From contig PMOA01000053.1 of NCBI GenBank assembly GCA_003161635.1, positions 137,402-201,401 of the forward strand: a stretch of DNA of 64,000 bases, given 5' to 3'. The notes below the pieces were generated by a model. That model ran no database searches. It saw nothing but the letters and a program-made list of their open reading frames with translations, and was not told where the DNA came from. The stretch comes from Limisphaerales bacterium. Lineage in GTDB: Bacteria; Verrucomicrobiota; Verrucomicrobiia; Limisphaerales; UBA11358. Below, in pieces: positions 46,246 through 54,294 of this stretch. Position 1 is the stretch's first letter; each line of letters opens with the position of its first letter. The translations under genes and the position numbers were made by a program.

Positions 46246-47772
46246 CTAAGGCTTGACAATGCGGTGCACTATCCATCTAATGCCATACGGGTTTGGGACG
46301 ACCATGCGGTCATTACACGGCTGCGGGTGGGATAAAATGTTGGTGTCTGGACTATTGGTATGCGCAGGGACGCCCGCGGGGCTGGCGTCGAGCTTGATCG
46401 GCATAATAATTAATTTTTTGCCGCCGTTCAGACAGACCACCGGATCGAGTTCATTTTCAAGATGAATTTCGTTCAGGCCGAACTTGAGAGCGGTGAGCAG
46501 GTATTCGCGGTTGAGGCCGATGGTCACGGGTTTCCTGGTAACCGTGGCATCCTTGATTAACACGCCTTTCCAATCGCTGTTCTCGTCACGCCCTTCCACC
46601 CACAACTGTCCAGACCCGCATTTGATCCGGATCGCCATCCTTTGATTCCGTGTGCCCGGCAAAGTCGGCAACGTTTCCATCAATTGCTTGGCGGCTGAGG
46701 GAGACAGTTTCACGGTAGTCTTGGGATTGGCGATTTTCGGCACGACCGATTTCCAATTGGGGAATTTGCCAACCATCTCGTGTGCGATGAACGTCAAGCG
46801 CGGTGAGGCCAATTTGATCCAGCCAGCAGACCCCACTTGCGCGGCAGGCTCATACGCCAGTGTGCAATCAACGCCCGTCGGCTCCATGGAGTTGAGGAAT
46901 TTGAGTGCCGCTTTGGATGCCGGAATGATGAAGGAGTTTTTCAGCCCGATGGCAGGCAATTTTGCGGAGTAAAGCATACGACCATTGGTGCCGACGATAT
47001 CGGTCGCCTTTTTATCACTCACGTCGACGAATACACCATTCAGCGGTTTACGCCACGGATCATCACTGCAACATTGAATTGCCTGTTTGAGCGCCTCGAT
47101 GAACTCGGGGTTCAATTTGATGTTCGACTTGGTGAATTTGGGCGCGGGCGGAAAATTATCCTTGGTGGAGGATTTCAAATTTTGCTGCGCGATTTCGCCC
47201 TTAACCCTCACACACGGCTTCGCCATGTTGTTACCGTTGTGAATTAAAAATCCGACATCGTCGTTTTTGAGGCGACGGACGAACTTGGGGCGCGCCGGTG
47301 CACAGGTCGCGTGACGCGCGCGGCAAGGGCTCGTGCCGAGGACGGTATGGAGGTTGGTGGTGCGGCGATCAGATTTGACGCCATCGAGTTTTTTTATGTT
47401 TTTTACCATATTAACTTTGTATTTTTTTTGGTTTACTACCCCCCCGGAACTGCCGGGAGGAAATCTTGGTGGTACGGCGGCATGGGCGCGTTTGAATGCC
47501 CACTTGCCGATGCAGTAATCCTCGAATGTTAAAAAATTGGATTTGTATAGATGTGAATCCCGAATTTCTGCCAGCGCAGTTCCCACTTCAATGAACGCCT
47601 GCCGTCGCGCCGCAATAATCTGTTCCAGTTCAACCAGCCGATTGGGCTCGTCAACAGGGATAGGCGCCGTACGGAGTGTGGTGGGTTGGCACGAGGGGCG
47701 ACCAAGACGGACACCGGCAGCGCAGGGTTGGCATGACGGAGTAGTTTCAATGATTATGTCGTCCGAAGTCAT
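46246..47772 (-). CDS. composite ORF: N-terminal DUF3102/ParB-associated-like helical region, low-complexity linker, C-terminal two-domain DnaN (beta sliding clamp)-like module
   Basis: The C-terminal 326 aa (internal ATG at 47226) align by motif with DnaN domains II-III: LNGVFVDV...IVGTNGRMLY, GKFPNWKSVVPK, IGLNREYLLTALKF, LIIMPIKL. N-terminus has FIEVGTALAEIRDSHLYKSNFLTFEDYCIGKWAFKRAHA. The linker DNA has homopolymer runs (T8, C7, A8). Confidence 0.6.
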   Translation of the reverse strand: MTSDDIIIETTPSCQPCAAGVRLGRPSCQPTTLRTAPIPVDEPNRLVELEQIIAARRQAFIEVGTALAEIRDSHLYKSNFLTFEDYCIGKWAFKRAHAAVPPRFPPGSSGGVVNQKKYKVNMVKNIKKLDGVKSDRRTTNLHTVLGTSPCRARHATCAPARPKFVRRLKNDDVGFLIHNGNNMAKPCVRVKGEIAQQNLKSSTKDNFPPAPKFTKSNIKLNPEFIEALKQAIQCCSDDPWRKPLNGVFVDVSDKKATDIVGTNGRMLYSAKLPAIGLKNSFIIPASKAALKFLNSMEPTGVDCTLAYEPAAQVGSAGWIKLASPRLTFIAHEMVGKFPNWKSVVPKIANPKTTVKLSPSAAKQLMETLPTLPGTRNQRMAIRIKCGSGQLWVEGRDENSDWKGVLIKDATVTRKPVTIGLNREYLLTALKFGLNEIHLENELDPVVCLNGGKKLIIMPIKLDASPAGVPAHTNSPDTNILSHPQPCNDRMVVPNPYGIRWIVHRIVKP

Positions 47773-48146
47773 TGGCCACCTCCTTGTTGCCTGTTACTGA
47801 GAATTAACAATTCAACGTCGCTCTCAAGAAAGCCAGCAGCGCGCACGCGTCCTGGAAGTTTGCACTTACGCAAAATCCCGGAGGCGGCCAAATTATCCAC
47901 CGTTCGTGTTGTATACGATAATCGTCTCGCAACCTCAGCCCGCCGTATTAATCGAGGCACAGTGGAAATAGGCTGCACGCGTGTCAAGGCAGGCGGTGAC
48001 CGCAAAAAAGCTATTATGCGCGTCCGCTCCTCTGGCGCGACAGCGGGATCGGCCAATAGCACCGACCGGATTATTTGAATCGTCGAGTCTCTCACAAGTC
48101 GAAACCAAATTATGAGATTTATTGTTTTTTTTGTCCAACGCGGCAA
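47769..48146 (-). CDS. HTH excisionase-like protein
   Basis: LIRRAEVARRLSYTTRTVDNLAASGILRKCKLPGRVRAAGFLESDV. 4-nt overlap with the downstream ORF. Confidence 0.5.
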   Translation of the reverse strand: MPRWTKKTINLIIWFRLVRDSTIQIIRSVLLADPAVAPEERTRIIAFLRSPPALTRVQPISTVPRLIRRAEVARRLSYTTRTVDNLAASGILRKCKLPGRVRAAGFLESDVELLILSNRQQGGGQ

Positions 48147-48310
48147 CTATATGTGCTGCATGCAAGGTTAGAAAAAGCCCGCAAATAAAGGGGATTTCGT
48201 TTCCTAAATTTTTTAGAATATTTTTTTACGAATGTCTTTCGACATCCAAAAGCATCCCCCGCGCGTAAAGCGAAGTATTTGTGCGCAGACGGTTGCGGGA
48301 TGAGTGGGGA

Positions 48311-49642
48311 TTAGCCTGTTGTCAAAATGGCCAAAAGATTTTGTTTAACAATTTTGAAATTTTTTGCCGTCATGCTCTCAACAATTAAACGCGCATCACG
48401 AATAATTTCAATGGGAGTACGTTTTGTTGGCCCTGGCGTGGCTTCGCTCATCACGGACGGCAATAAGGCGACGGCGCGGCCAGCGGCCAATTCGCCAACG
48501 TGCGTATAATGGCGCGTCATGGCCGGATTGCTATGGCCGACGATGCTTTCCACTACTGCCAACGGTGCGTTGCTTTCGCGGCAGAGTGATACGAAAGTGT
48601 GCCGCAGCGAATGGAAACCAACCTCTATAATGGCGCGTTTGCCGTCCTTGCCCGTGCCAGGCTTGTGCAAGGTGATTCCGCGCGCTTTGAAATGTCTTTG
48701 AACCATGTCCGTTACCATGTCAGTGCGATAATTGTAGAGCGTGGCCATTTCCGGCAAAACATATTCGCCGCGTTGTTTCAAAGGCGTCTTTGACAGCATC
48801 CCAAGCAGAATTGGATGCACCGGCACAATCACGGGCTTGGGATTGCGGCGGGCGGTTTTGTTCGGGACGCGCCGAATCATTCCGCGTGGCAAGTCTACTT
48901 CGCCCCAGCGCAGCGTGGCGCAATCGCCAAGCCGCAGGCCGGAGTATATGCCGAGTGCCAGCAACGTCCGTAACTCGCCCGTGGCTGCTTGGCAGATATT
49001 TCGCAGTTCATCAATCGTAAGCTCGCGGCGACTGTTTGTGACCATGCGCTTGCGCTGAAGGTATCCGCCGCGCTTCGGAGATTCCCACGGATTGCTTGTC
49101 AGCTTGGCCTTGTGCTTCACGACGCGGAAAACCAAGGTGAGCAAATTCAAATGCTTGTTGTAAGTGGACGGGCTGAATCTGCCGTGATTCAGGCTGCTGG
49201 CATATTCCTCGGCAATTTCCTTCGACACGTCGCGCAACGTCAGAATATCAGCGTGTTTTTCCTTCATCCAATCGGCAAAGGCTTGCCATTGAAATTCGTA
49301 TTGGCGAAGTGTCGAGTTGCCACTGTCCGGGCGATTGGGTGAGGCTAGAAATGCACTCCATGCTTGCACGATGGACAACGGCGGATTTTGTTTGTCTTCC
49401 AACTTGGCAAGCTCAGTCTTGCGGCCCACCAACCTACCGGCGATGGACTCCAGCACGGCGACCTCATTGCCCTTGGCAATGGGGAGCATGAATTTGTCTC
49501 GTGCAATTTCCGCTTCGCGCTTCGCCTTGATGGGCTGGCCGTTGTCATCGCGCAGCGCCCGCGTGAACGGCTTGCCGTTGACGCGCCATGAGCAATAAAA
49601 ATTACTTCCACGTTTATGAAGATATCCAGTCCGATGTTTCAT
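48311..49642 (-). CDS. tyrosine-type site-specific integrase
   Basis: 443 aa. Catalytic pattern GLRLGD (Arg), HSLRHTF (HxxR), GHSNPAMTRHYTH (His/Tyr). SAM-like N-terminal domain. Confidence 0.9.
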   Translation of the reverse strand: MKHRTGYLHKRGSNFYCSWRVNGKPFTRALRDDNGQPIKAKREAEIARDKFMLPIAKGNEVAVLESIAGRLVGRKTELAKLEDKQNPPLSIVQAWSAFLASPNRPDSGNSTLRQYEFQWQAFADWMKEKHADILTLRDVSKEIAEEYASSLNHGRFSPSTYNKHLNLLTLVFRVVKHKAKLTSNPWESPKRGGYLQRKRMVTNSRRELTIDELRNICQAATGELRTLLALGIYSGLRLGDCATLRWGEVDLPRGMIRRVPNKTARRNPKPVIVPVHPILLGMLSKTPLKQRGEYVLPEMATLYNYRTDMVTDMVQRHFKARGITLHKPGTGKDGKRAIIEVGFHSLRHTFVSLCRESNAPLAVVESIVGHSNPAMTRHYTHVGELAAGRAVALLPSVMSEATPGPTKRTPIEIIRDARLIVESMTAKNFKIVKQNLLAILTTG

Positions 49643-49759
49643 TGTTCGGTTGCTTTCGCTTATGTTCAGCTACTTTCGGCTATTTAAGCAAACCGATGCT
49701 TACAAGTCAAACAAAAAGCATACAATATGTCATATAGTTCAAATAAGTTGCCATAAAAA

Positions 49760-49817
49760 GCAGACTGTAAATCTGCTGGCTATGCCTTCGATGGTTCGAA
49801 TCCATCACCTACCACCA
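49760..49817 (+). tRNA. 3' portion only of tRNA-Tyr(GTA): anticodon arm, long variable arm, T arm, 3' acceptor strand and CCA; probable att site
   Basis: GCAGA-CTGTAAA-TCTGC, variable arm TGGCTATGCCTTC, GATGG-TTCGAAT-CCATC, ACCTACC-A-CCA. The required 5' acceptor strand GGTAGGT and the D arm are absent upstream. Confidence 0.8.
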
Positions 49818-49957
49818 CTTTCATAATGTTCAATAATTGCAATGACATTATGTTGCTTCAACATAAGCCGAACGCCTTTAGCATAACACTTTCGCATAAC
49901 AAATTCAATCCCGTTCAAGGCTGTTCGAGACTGTTTATAGTGTCCTTCCTTCTCGGT

Positions 49958-50021
49958 AACAGCCCCTTCTTTTGTGTTATGAACTCGTGACAGAGATTCT
50001 CTCTGTCACGTCCCCGGCGCT
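49958..50021 (+). repeat. 64-nt repeat, copy 1 (upstream of pepN), containing 10-bp hairpin 49987-50009
   Basis: AACAGCCCCTTCTTTTGTGTTATGAACTCGTGACAGAGATTCTCTCTGTCACGTCCCCGGCGCT aligns with 53006..53070. Confidence 0.85.
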
Positions 50022-50192
50022 AACAGCCACTGCCCTTTGAGTTTTTCCAGATTCTAAAAATTTCAGCCTGCCGCTCAAAATTCATGGCCGCCTGATTCGC
50101 TACGTTAGCTACGCCGCCCTTTGGAGATGCGCTGCATGTCAGGCATCGCACTTTTCCCTTTCGCTTTGTGGTCAACGTGGTAAAAGCACGCC

Positions 50193-52862
50193 ATGAATAT
50201 CGCTCGCGTCCTGTTCGCCGTGTGGGTCCTCTGCCGCGTCGCCGGCCTGGCGCTGGCCGAAGAGTCCGCGAACGAAATCCAGTGCCGGAAATCGGCCGCG
50301 TTCCTGACAGCGCCCGATTCCTCCGATTACCGGAAATACGCGCCGAGCCGCCAAATCAACATCCTGCACGTGGCGCTGGATGTCACTCCTGATTTCACCA
50401 ATCGCACTGTCGCCGGGAAAACCACGATCACCTTCAAACCGATCGCGAAACCGCTGGAGGAACTGAGCCTGGACGCCGTTGACCTGACGGTGAGCTCCGT
50501 GACCTCCAGCGAAGCGATCCTGGATTACCAGGTCACGGACGAGAAAATCATCATCACATTCGCCCAACCGGTTCCTGTGGACAAGGAGGCCTGGGTCACG
50601 ATTGAACATCGCGCGGAGCCGACGGAGGGAATGTATTTCCGGACGCCGAAAATGGGCTACAAAGCCGGGGACACGCATTTGTTCACGCAAGGCGAGCCGG
50701 TCGAGGCCCGGCATTGGTATCCCTGCCTGGATTCGCCCAATGAAAAGTTCACCTCCGAAATCACCTGTCGCGTGCCCGCGGGAATGACCGTGCTGTCCAA
50801 CGGACGGCTGGTTTCCGAGGAGAAAGACTCCGCAACCGGCCTCGTCGCCGTGAAATGGCTTCAGGACAAGCCGCATGCCAATTATCTGCTGTCGCTGGTG
50901 GCCGGCTATTTCAAGAAAGTGGAAGACAAGCACCGGGACATTCCGCTGGCGTTTTACACGCCCCCGTCCGAGATCGATGAAGCCACCAATTCATTCTGCG
51001 ACACCAGGGACATCATGGCCTTTTACGAGGATGAAATCGGCATGCCCTTTCCTTGGGCCAAGTATTACCAGGTGGCGGTCAATGATTTCGTCGCGGGCGG
51101 CATGGAAAACACGACGCTCACCACGCTCACGGACTACACACTCTTCACCACCAACACGGAAAACATCCGTTCCAGCCAGAACCTTGTCGCGCATGAAATG
51201 GCCCACCAATGGTTCGGTGACCTGGTCACCTGCAAAGACTGGAGCCACATTTGGTTGAATGAAGGGTTTGCCACCTATTACGCGCTTCTGTACGACGAGC
51301 ACCGGAATGGCCGGGACTCCATGCTCTACGGCCTGTATCGCGACGCACAGCGAATCCTGTCGATGACCAACTCGTCGCGACCGATTGTGGACCGGAAGTA
51401 CGACAACCCCAATGAGCTGTTCAGCTTTCTCGCCTACCAAAAGGGCAGTTGGGTGCTCCACATGCTGCGCACGCAACTGGGCAAGGATCTGTACCGCCGC
51501 TGCATCCGGACCTACCTGGAACGGCACCAGTTCGGATCGGTCGTCACCGAGGATCTGAACGCGGTGATCGAAGAACTTTCCGGCCGTTCCTACGATCAGT
51601 TCTTCGACCAATGGGTCTATCACGGCGGCTGTCCCGACCTGGACGTAAGCTACAGTTGGGACGCGCGCAGCAAGCTGGCCAAAGTTTCCGTGCGTCAAAC
51701 GCAAAGAATCAGCGACGACACCTTCCTCTTCAATTTACCGCTTTCCATCCGTTTCAAAACCAGATCAACCACCGTGGACAAGCCGATCATCGTGAAGGAA
51801 AAATTGGAGGACTTTTACTTTGCGCTCGATGAGGCGCCCACGGCGGTGCGCATCGATCCCGAGTATGCGGTGCTGGCGAAGATCCATTTCATCCCTCCCA
51901 CCCCAATGCTTTACGCGCAACTGGAGGATCAAACCGACGTCGTCGGCCGGCTGCTCGCCATCGAAACGCTGGCCACAAAAAAGGACAAAGAGACGGTGGA
52001 AAAGCTCAAGGGCGCGCTAAACCACGACACCTTTTACGGCGTGCGCATGGAGGCGGCGCAGGCGTTGAGGGACATTCACACCGATGACGCCCTCGATGCG
52101 CTGCTCGCATCCACCCATCAGCTCGACGCCCGCGTGCGCCGCCGGATCTATGCCGGAATCGGCGGGTTTTACAGGGCGCGAAGCAGCGATGCGGAGCGCG
52201 GGATGCTCGCCGTGGAAAAGAATCCGGACATCCAGGTCCTGGCGATCCGGGATTTGGGGACCTATGCCGGACCGGACACGCGCGCGCTTTTGCTACAGTA
52301 TCTGAGTTCCACCTCGTATCGCAACGGGCTGGCCGAGGCCGCCATCCGGGGACTGAGAGCGCAGGATGATCCTTCCTCCATCGATCCGCTGCGCGACAAC
52401 CTCAGGCAGCGCGAGGCGGACTACACCAGCGATGGATTCGTCCAGGGATTGAGTGCGCTGGCTTACCTGGATCGCGATGAAAAGGACAAGACCGCGGTGC
52501 GTGAATTCCTTCTCAGCTATGTGAACCACCGGAAGGAGAAGGTTCGGCTGGGGGCCATAAATGCTCTGGGCGCGCTGGCGGACCCCGGCGCTTTGCCGGC
52601 GCTCGAGAAATTTGCGCTGGCCCGCAGGACGAGCCCGGAACAACGCGCTGCTGCCAGTGCGATCCAGAACATCGAGAATTTCCGAAAGACCACGGAAGGT
52701 CTGGCCGACTTGCGCAAGGAATTCCTGGATTTGCAGAAGGAAGACCAGGCTTTGCGCAAAGACTTCGACTCGCTGGAGAAAAAAGTCGATGCCAAGGCCT
52801 CCAAAGGATCCGGGGCAAAGAAATCGTCATCCGCGGTGAAGTCGCCGAGAAATTCCATCTGA
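50193..52862 (+). CDS. pepN: M1-family aminopeptidase N with C-terminal HEAT-like repeats
   Basis: Signal peptide, GGMEN exopeptidase motif, and HEMAHQWFGD...WLNEGFATY zinc site. The C-terminal helical repeats resemble HEAT/PBS-lyase repeats. Confidence 0.9.
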   Translation: MNIARVLFAVWVLCRVAGLALAEESANEIQCRKSAAFLTAPDSSDYRKYAPSRQINILHVALDVTPDFTNRTVAGKTTITFKPIAKPLEELSLDAVDLTVSSVTSSEAILDYQVTDEKIIITFAQPVPVDKEAWVTIEHRAEPTEGMYFRTPKMGYKAGDTHLFTQGEPVEARHWYPCLDSPNEKFTSEITCRVPAGMTVLSNGRLVSEEKDSATGLVAVKWLQDKPHANYLLSLVAGYFKKVEDKHRDIPLAFYTPPSEIDEATNSFCDTRDIMAFYEDEIGMPFPWAKYYQVAVNDFVAGGMENTTLTTLTDYTLFTTNTENIRSSQNLVAHEMAHQWFGDLVTCKDWSHIWLNEGFATYYALLYDEHRNGRDSMLYGLYRDAQRILSMTNSSRPIVDRKYDNPNELFSFLAYQKGSWVLHMLRTQLGKDLYRRCIRTYLERHQFGSVVTEDLNAVIEELSGRSYDQFFDQWVYHGGCPDLDVSYSWDARSKLAKVSVRQTQRISDDTFLFNLPLSIRFKTRSTTVDKPIIVKEKLEDFYFALDEAPTAVRIDPEYAVLAKIHFIPPTPMLYAQLEDQTDVVGRLLAIETLATKKDKETVEKLKGALNHDTFYGVRMEAAQALRDIHTDDALDALLASTHQLDARVRRRIYAGIGGFYRARSSDAERGMLAVEKNPDIQVLAIRDLGTYAGPDTRALLLQYLSSTSYRNGLAEAAIRGLRAQDDPSSIDPLRDNLRQREADYTSDGFVQGLSALAYLDRDEKDKTAVREFLLSYVNHRKEKVRLGAINALGALADPGALPALEKFALARRTSPEQRAAASAIQNIENFRKTTEGLADLRKEFLDLQKEDQALRKDFDSLEKKVDAKASKGSGAKKSSSAVKSPRNSI

Positions 52863-53005
52863 TTGAGGCAATTTGCGGGTTTTTGAACCGCTTCGTGCCG
52901 AAACCTGTTGCGAAAATGATTTTGCTCTGTAGCTTAAGATGACAGTCCGAAAGGTGCGGCGTAATTTTGCCTTCGTAGCTTGGCTCACCAAATGGCGGCC
53001 CTTGC

Positions 53006-53070
53006 AACAGCCCCCTCCTTTTGTGTTATGAACCTGTGACGGAGATTCTCTCTGTCGCGTCCCCGGCGCT
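53006..53070 (+). repeat. 64-nt repeat, copy 2 (downstream of pepN), hairpin 53036-53058
   Basis: See 49958..50021. Confidence 0.85.
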
Positions 53071-53096
53071 TTTCAAGTGCCGGGGATTTGTCGTTT
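53061..53096 (+). terminator. intrinsic terminator after pepN
   Basis: CCCCGGC-gcttttcaagt-GCCGGGG followed by ATTTGTCGTTT. Confidence 0.6.
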
Positions 53097-53338
53097 ATAA
53101 CCCTCCACCAAAAGGAATCACCATGTCCCCTGAAGCTGAGCAAATGTTGTCACGCCGGAACGAAGTGAAGGCGGACTCAATCCTCATCCAATAACAGGCG
53201 CTCCGAGCTACGGTTCGGCAAGCCAGCACTTTCCATTTTCGATTTTCGACTGCGCACGCGCGGAGCGGTGTTGCCGGTTTACGATTTGGCAGCCGGTGGC
53301 CCCAAGCTTCAATTGAAATCCAATGCGAAGGATGAAGT

Positions 53339-53370
53339 AAAAAAGAAAGAGGCCGGACACTACTCCGGCC
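53339..53370 (-). terminator. intrinsic terminator of the kinase-regulator operon; same hairpin as 14562..14592
   Basis: GGCCGGAGTAGTGTCCGGCC plus TCTTTCTTTTTT on the minus strand. Confidence 0.65.
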
Positions 53371-53593
53371 TCTCAATGAGAACTAAGCGCTTAAATTAAC
53401 GTCTCGTAGCTGCGCTGCTACGAACTTTTTGTTGGCTGCGGCGCCGCATACATACGCCTTGCTTCACACACGGAACACTGCGTTTCTGCATACCAACGAT
53501 GGGAGTAAGATACCTGAGGCTGTGTCCCCAGCCAGTCACCAGTTCTGGTTACACGCAAATCCTTGAAAACAAAGGGAAATCACTGAAATTTGG

Positions 53594-54220
53594 TCAACGG
53601 CGGAGAAATTTTGCCACGGCTTCGGTGCGGGTGCGGACCTGCAGCTTTTCGTAGATGCGGCGGATATAGGTATGCACGGTTTCATAGCTGATCCCCAGCT
53701 TCTCCGAGATTTCCTTGTAGAGAAGTCCCTGGCTCAGGGAATCAAGCACTTCCTGTTCGCGCGGGGAAAGATGTTCCGTGGGCTGCGCCGTGGCCGCCGT
53801 TTGTTGAAACGATTGCACGACTTTGCGCGCGATATGCATCGTCATCGGCGAACCGCCCCGGTGGACTTCCTGAATGGCTTCCAGCAGTTCTTTGCTGGAG
53901 GTGCGTTTGAGCATGTAACCGTTTGCACCCGCCGTCAGCGCGTTGAAAATATTTTCCGTGTCTTCATAGACCGTGAGCATCATGACCTGTATTCCCGGCA
54001 CCAGCGCCTTCAATTGCCGGACGCATTGCACGCCGTTCATGCCGGGCAGATTGATGTCCATCAGCACGACATTGGGGCGGGCCTGTGGCAGGTCCTTCAG
54101 CGCGTCCTCGGCGTTGGCGTACTGGCTCAGGCAGCGGAACCCGTCCGACCGGTCGAGCAGGCGGGCCAGCGTCCCGCGCAGCTTGTCATTGTCTTCGACG
54201 ATGGAAACGGTGATGGGCAT
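53594..54220 (-). CDS. NarL/FixJ-family response regulator (REC plus LuxR HTH)
   Basis: VSIVEDND...VVLMDINLPGMNG... and LSPREQEVLDSLSQGLLYKEISEKLGISYETVHTYIRRIYEKLQV. Confidence 0.9.
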   Translation of the reverse strand: MPITVSIVEDNDKLRGTLARLLDRSDGFRCLSQYANAEDALKDLPQARPNVVLMDINLPGMNGVQCVRQLKALVPGIQVMMLTVYEDTENIFNALTAGANGYMLKRTSSKELLEAIQEVHRGGSPMTMHIARKVVQSFQQTAATAQPTEHLSPREQEVLDSLSQGLLYKEISEKLGISYETVHTYIRRIYEKLQVRTRTEAVAKFLRR

Positions 54221-54226
54221 GGTTCA

Positions 54227-54254
54227 ATGCAGAATGATGAATGCAGAATGATGA
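54227..54254. repeat. four heptads ATGCAGA ATGATGA ATGCAGA ATGATGA in the kinase-regulator spacer
   Basis: Exact 14-nt unit repeated twice. Shares ATGCAGA with the tract at 61061 in addB. Confidence 0.85.
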
Positions 54255-54294
54255 AACAAGAGCGACGACTGCGATAAATGTTTTTCTGAATTCT

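Larger units (their letters stand above)
45705..49817. mobile_element. integration module of an integrative element or its remnant (HTH genes, clamp-like gene, tyrosine integrase, tRNA-Tyr-derived att)
   Basis: An integrase lies next to a 58-nt 3' portion of tRNA-Tyr, with small HTH genes and AT-rich flanks. The true left end of the element is not identified. Confidence 0.5.

Noticed and set aside
49730-49817. Complete tRNA-Tyr gene
   Set aside because: Only the anticodon arm to CCA is present. The upstream sequence (catatagttcaaataagttgccataaaaa) cannot form the acceptor stem (GGTAGGT is needed) or a D arm.
50172-51704. Minus-strand ORFs 50172..50933 and 50991..51704
   Set aside because: They are antisense to pepN (GGMEN and HEMAH motifs on the plus strand).
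53123-53194. 23-codon plus-strand ORF (MSPEAEQMLSRRNEVKADSILIQ) after the pepN terminator
   Set aside because: It has no conserved counterpart after repeat copy 1, only a weak RBS, and nothing recognisable.
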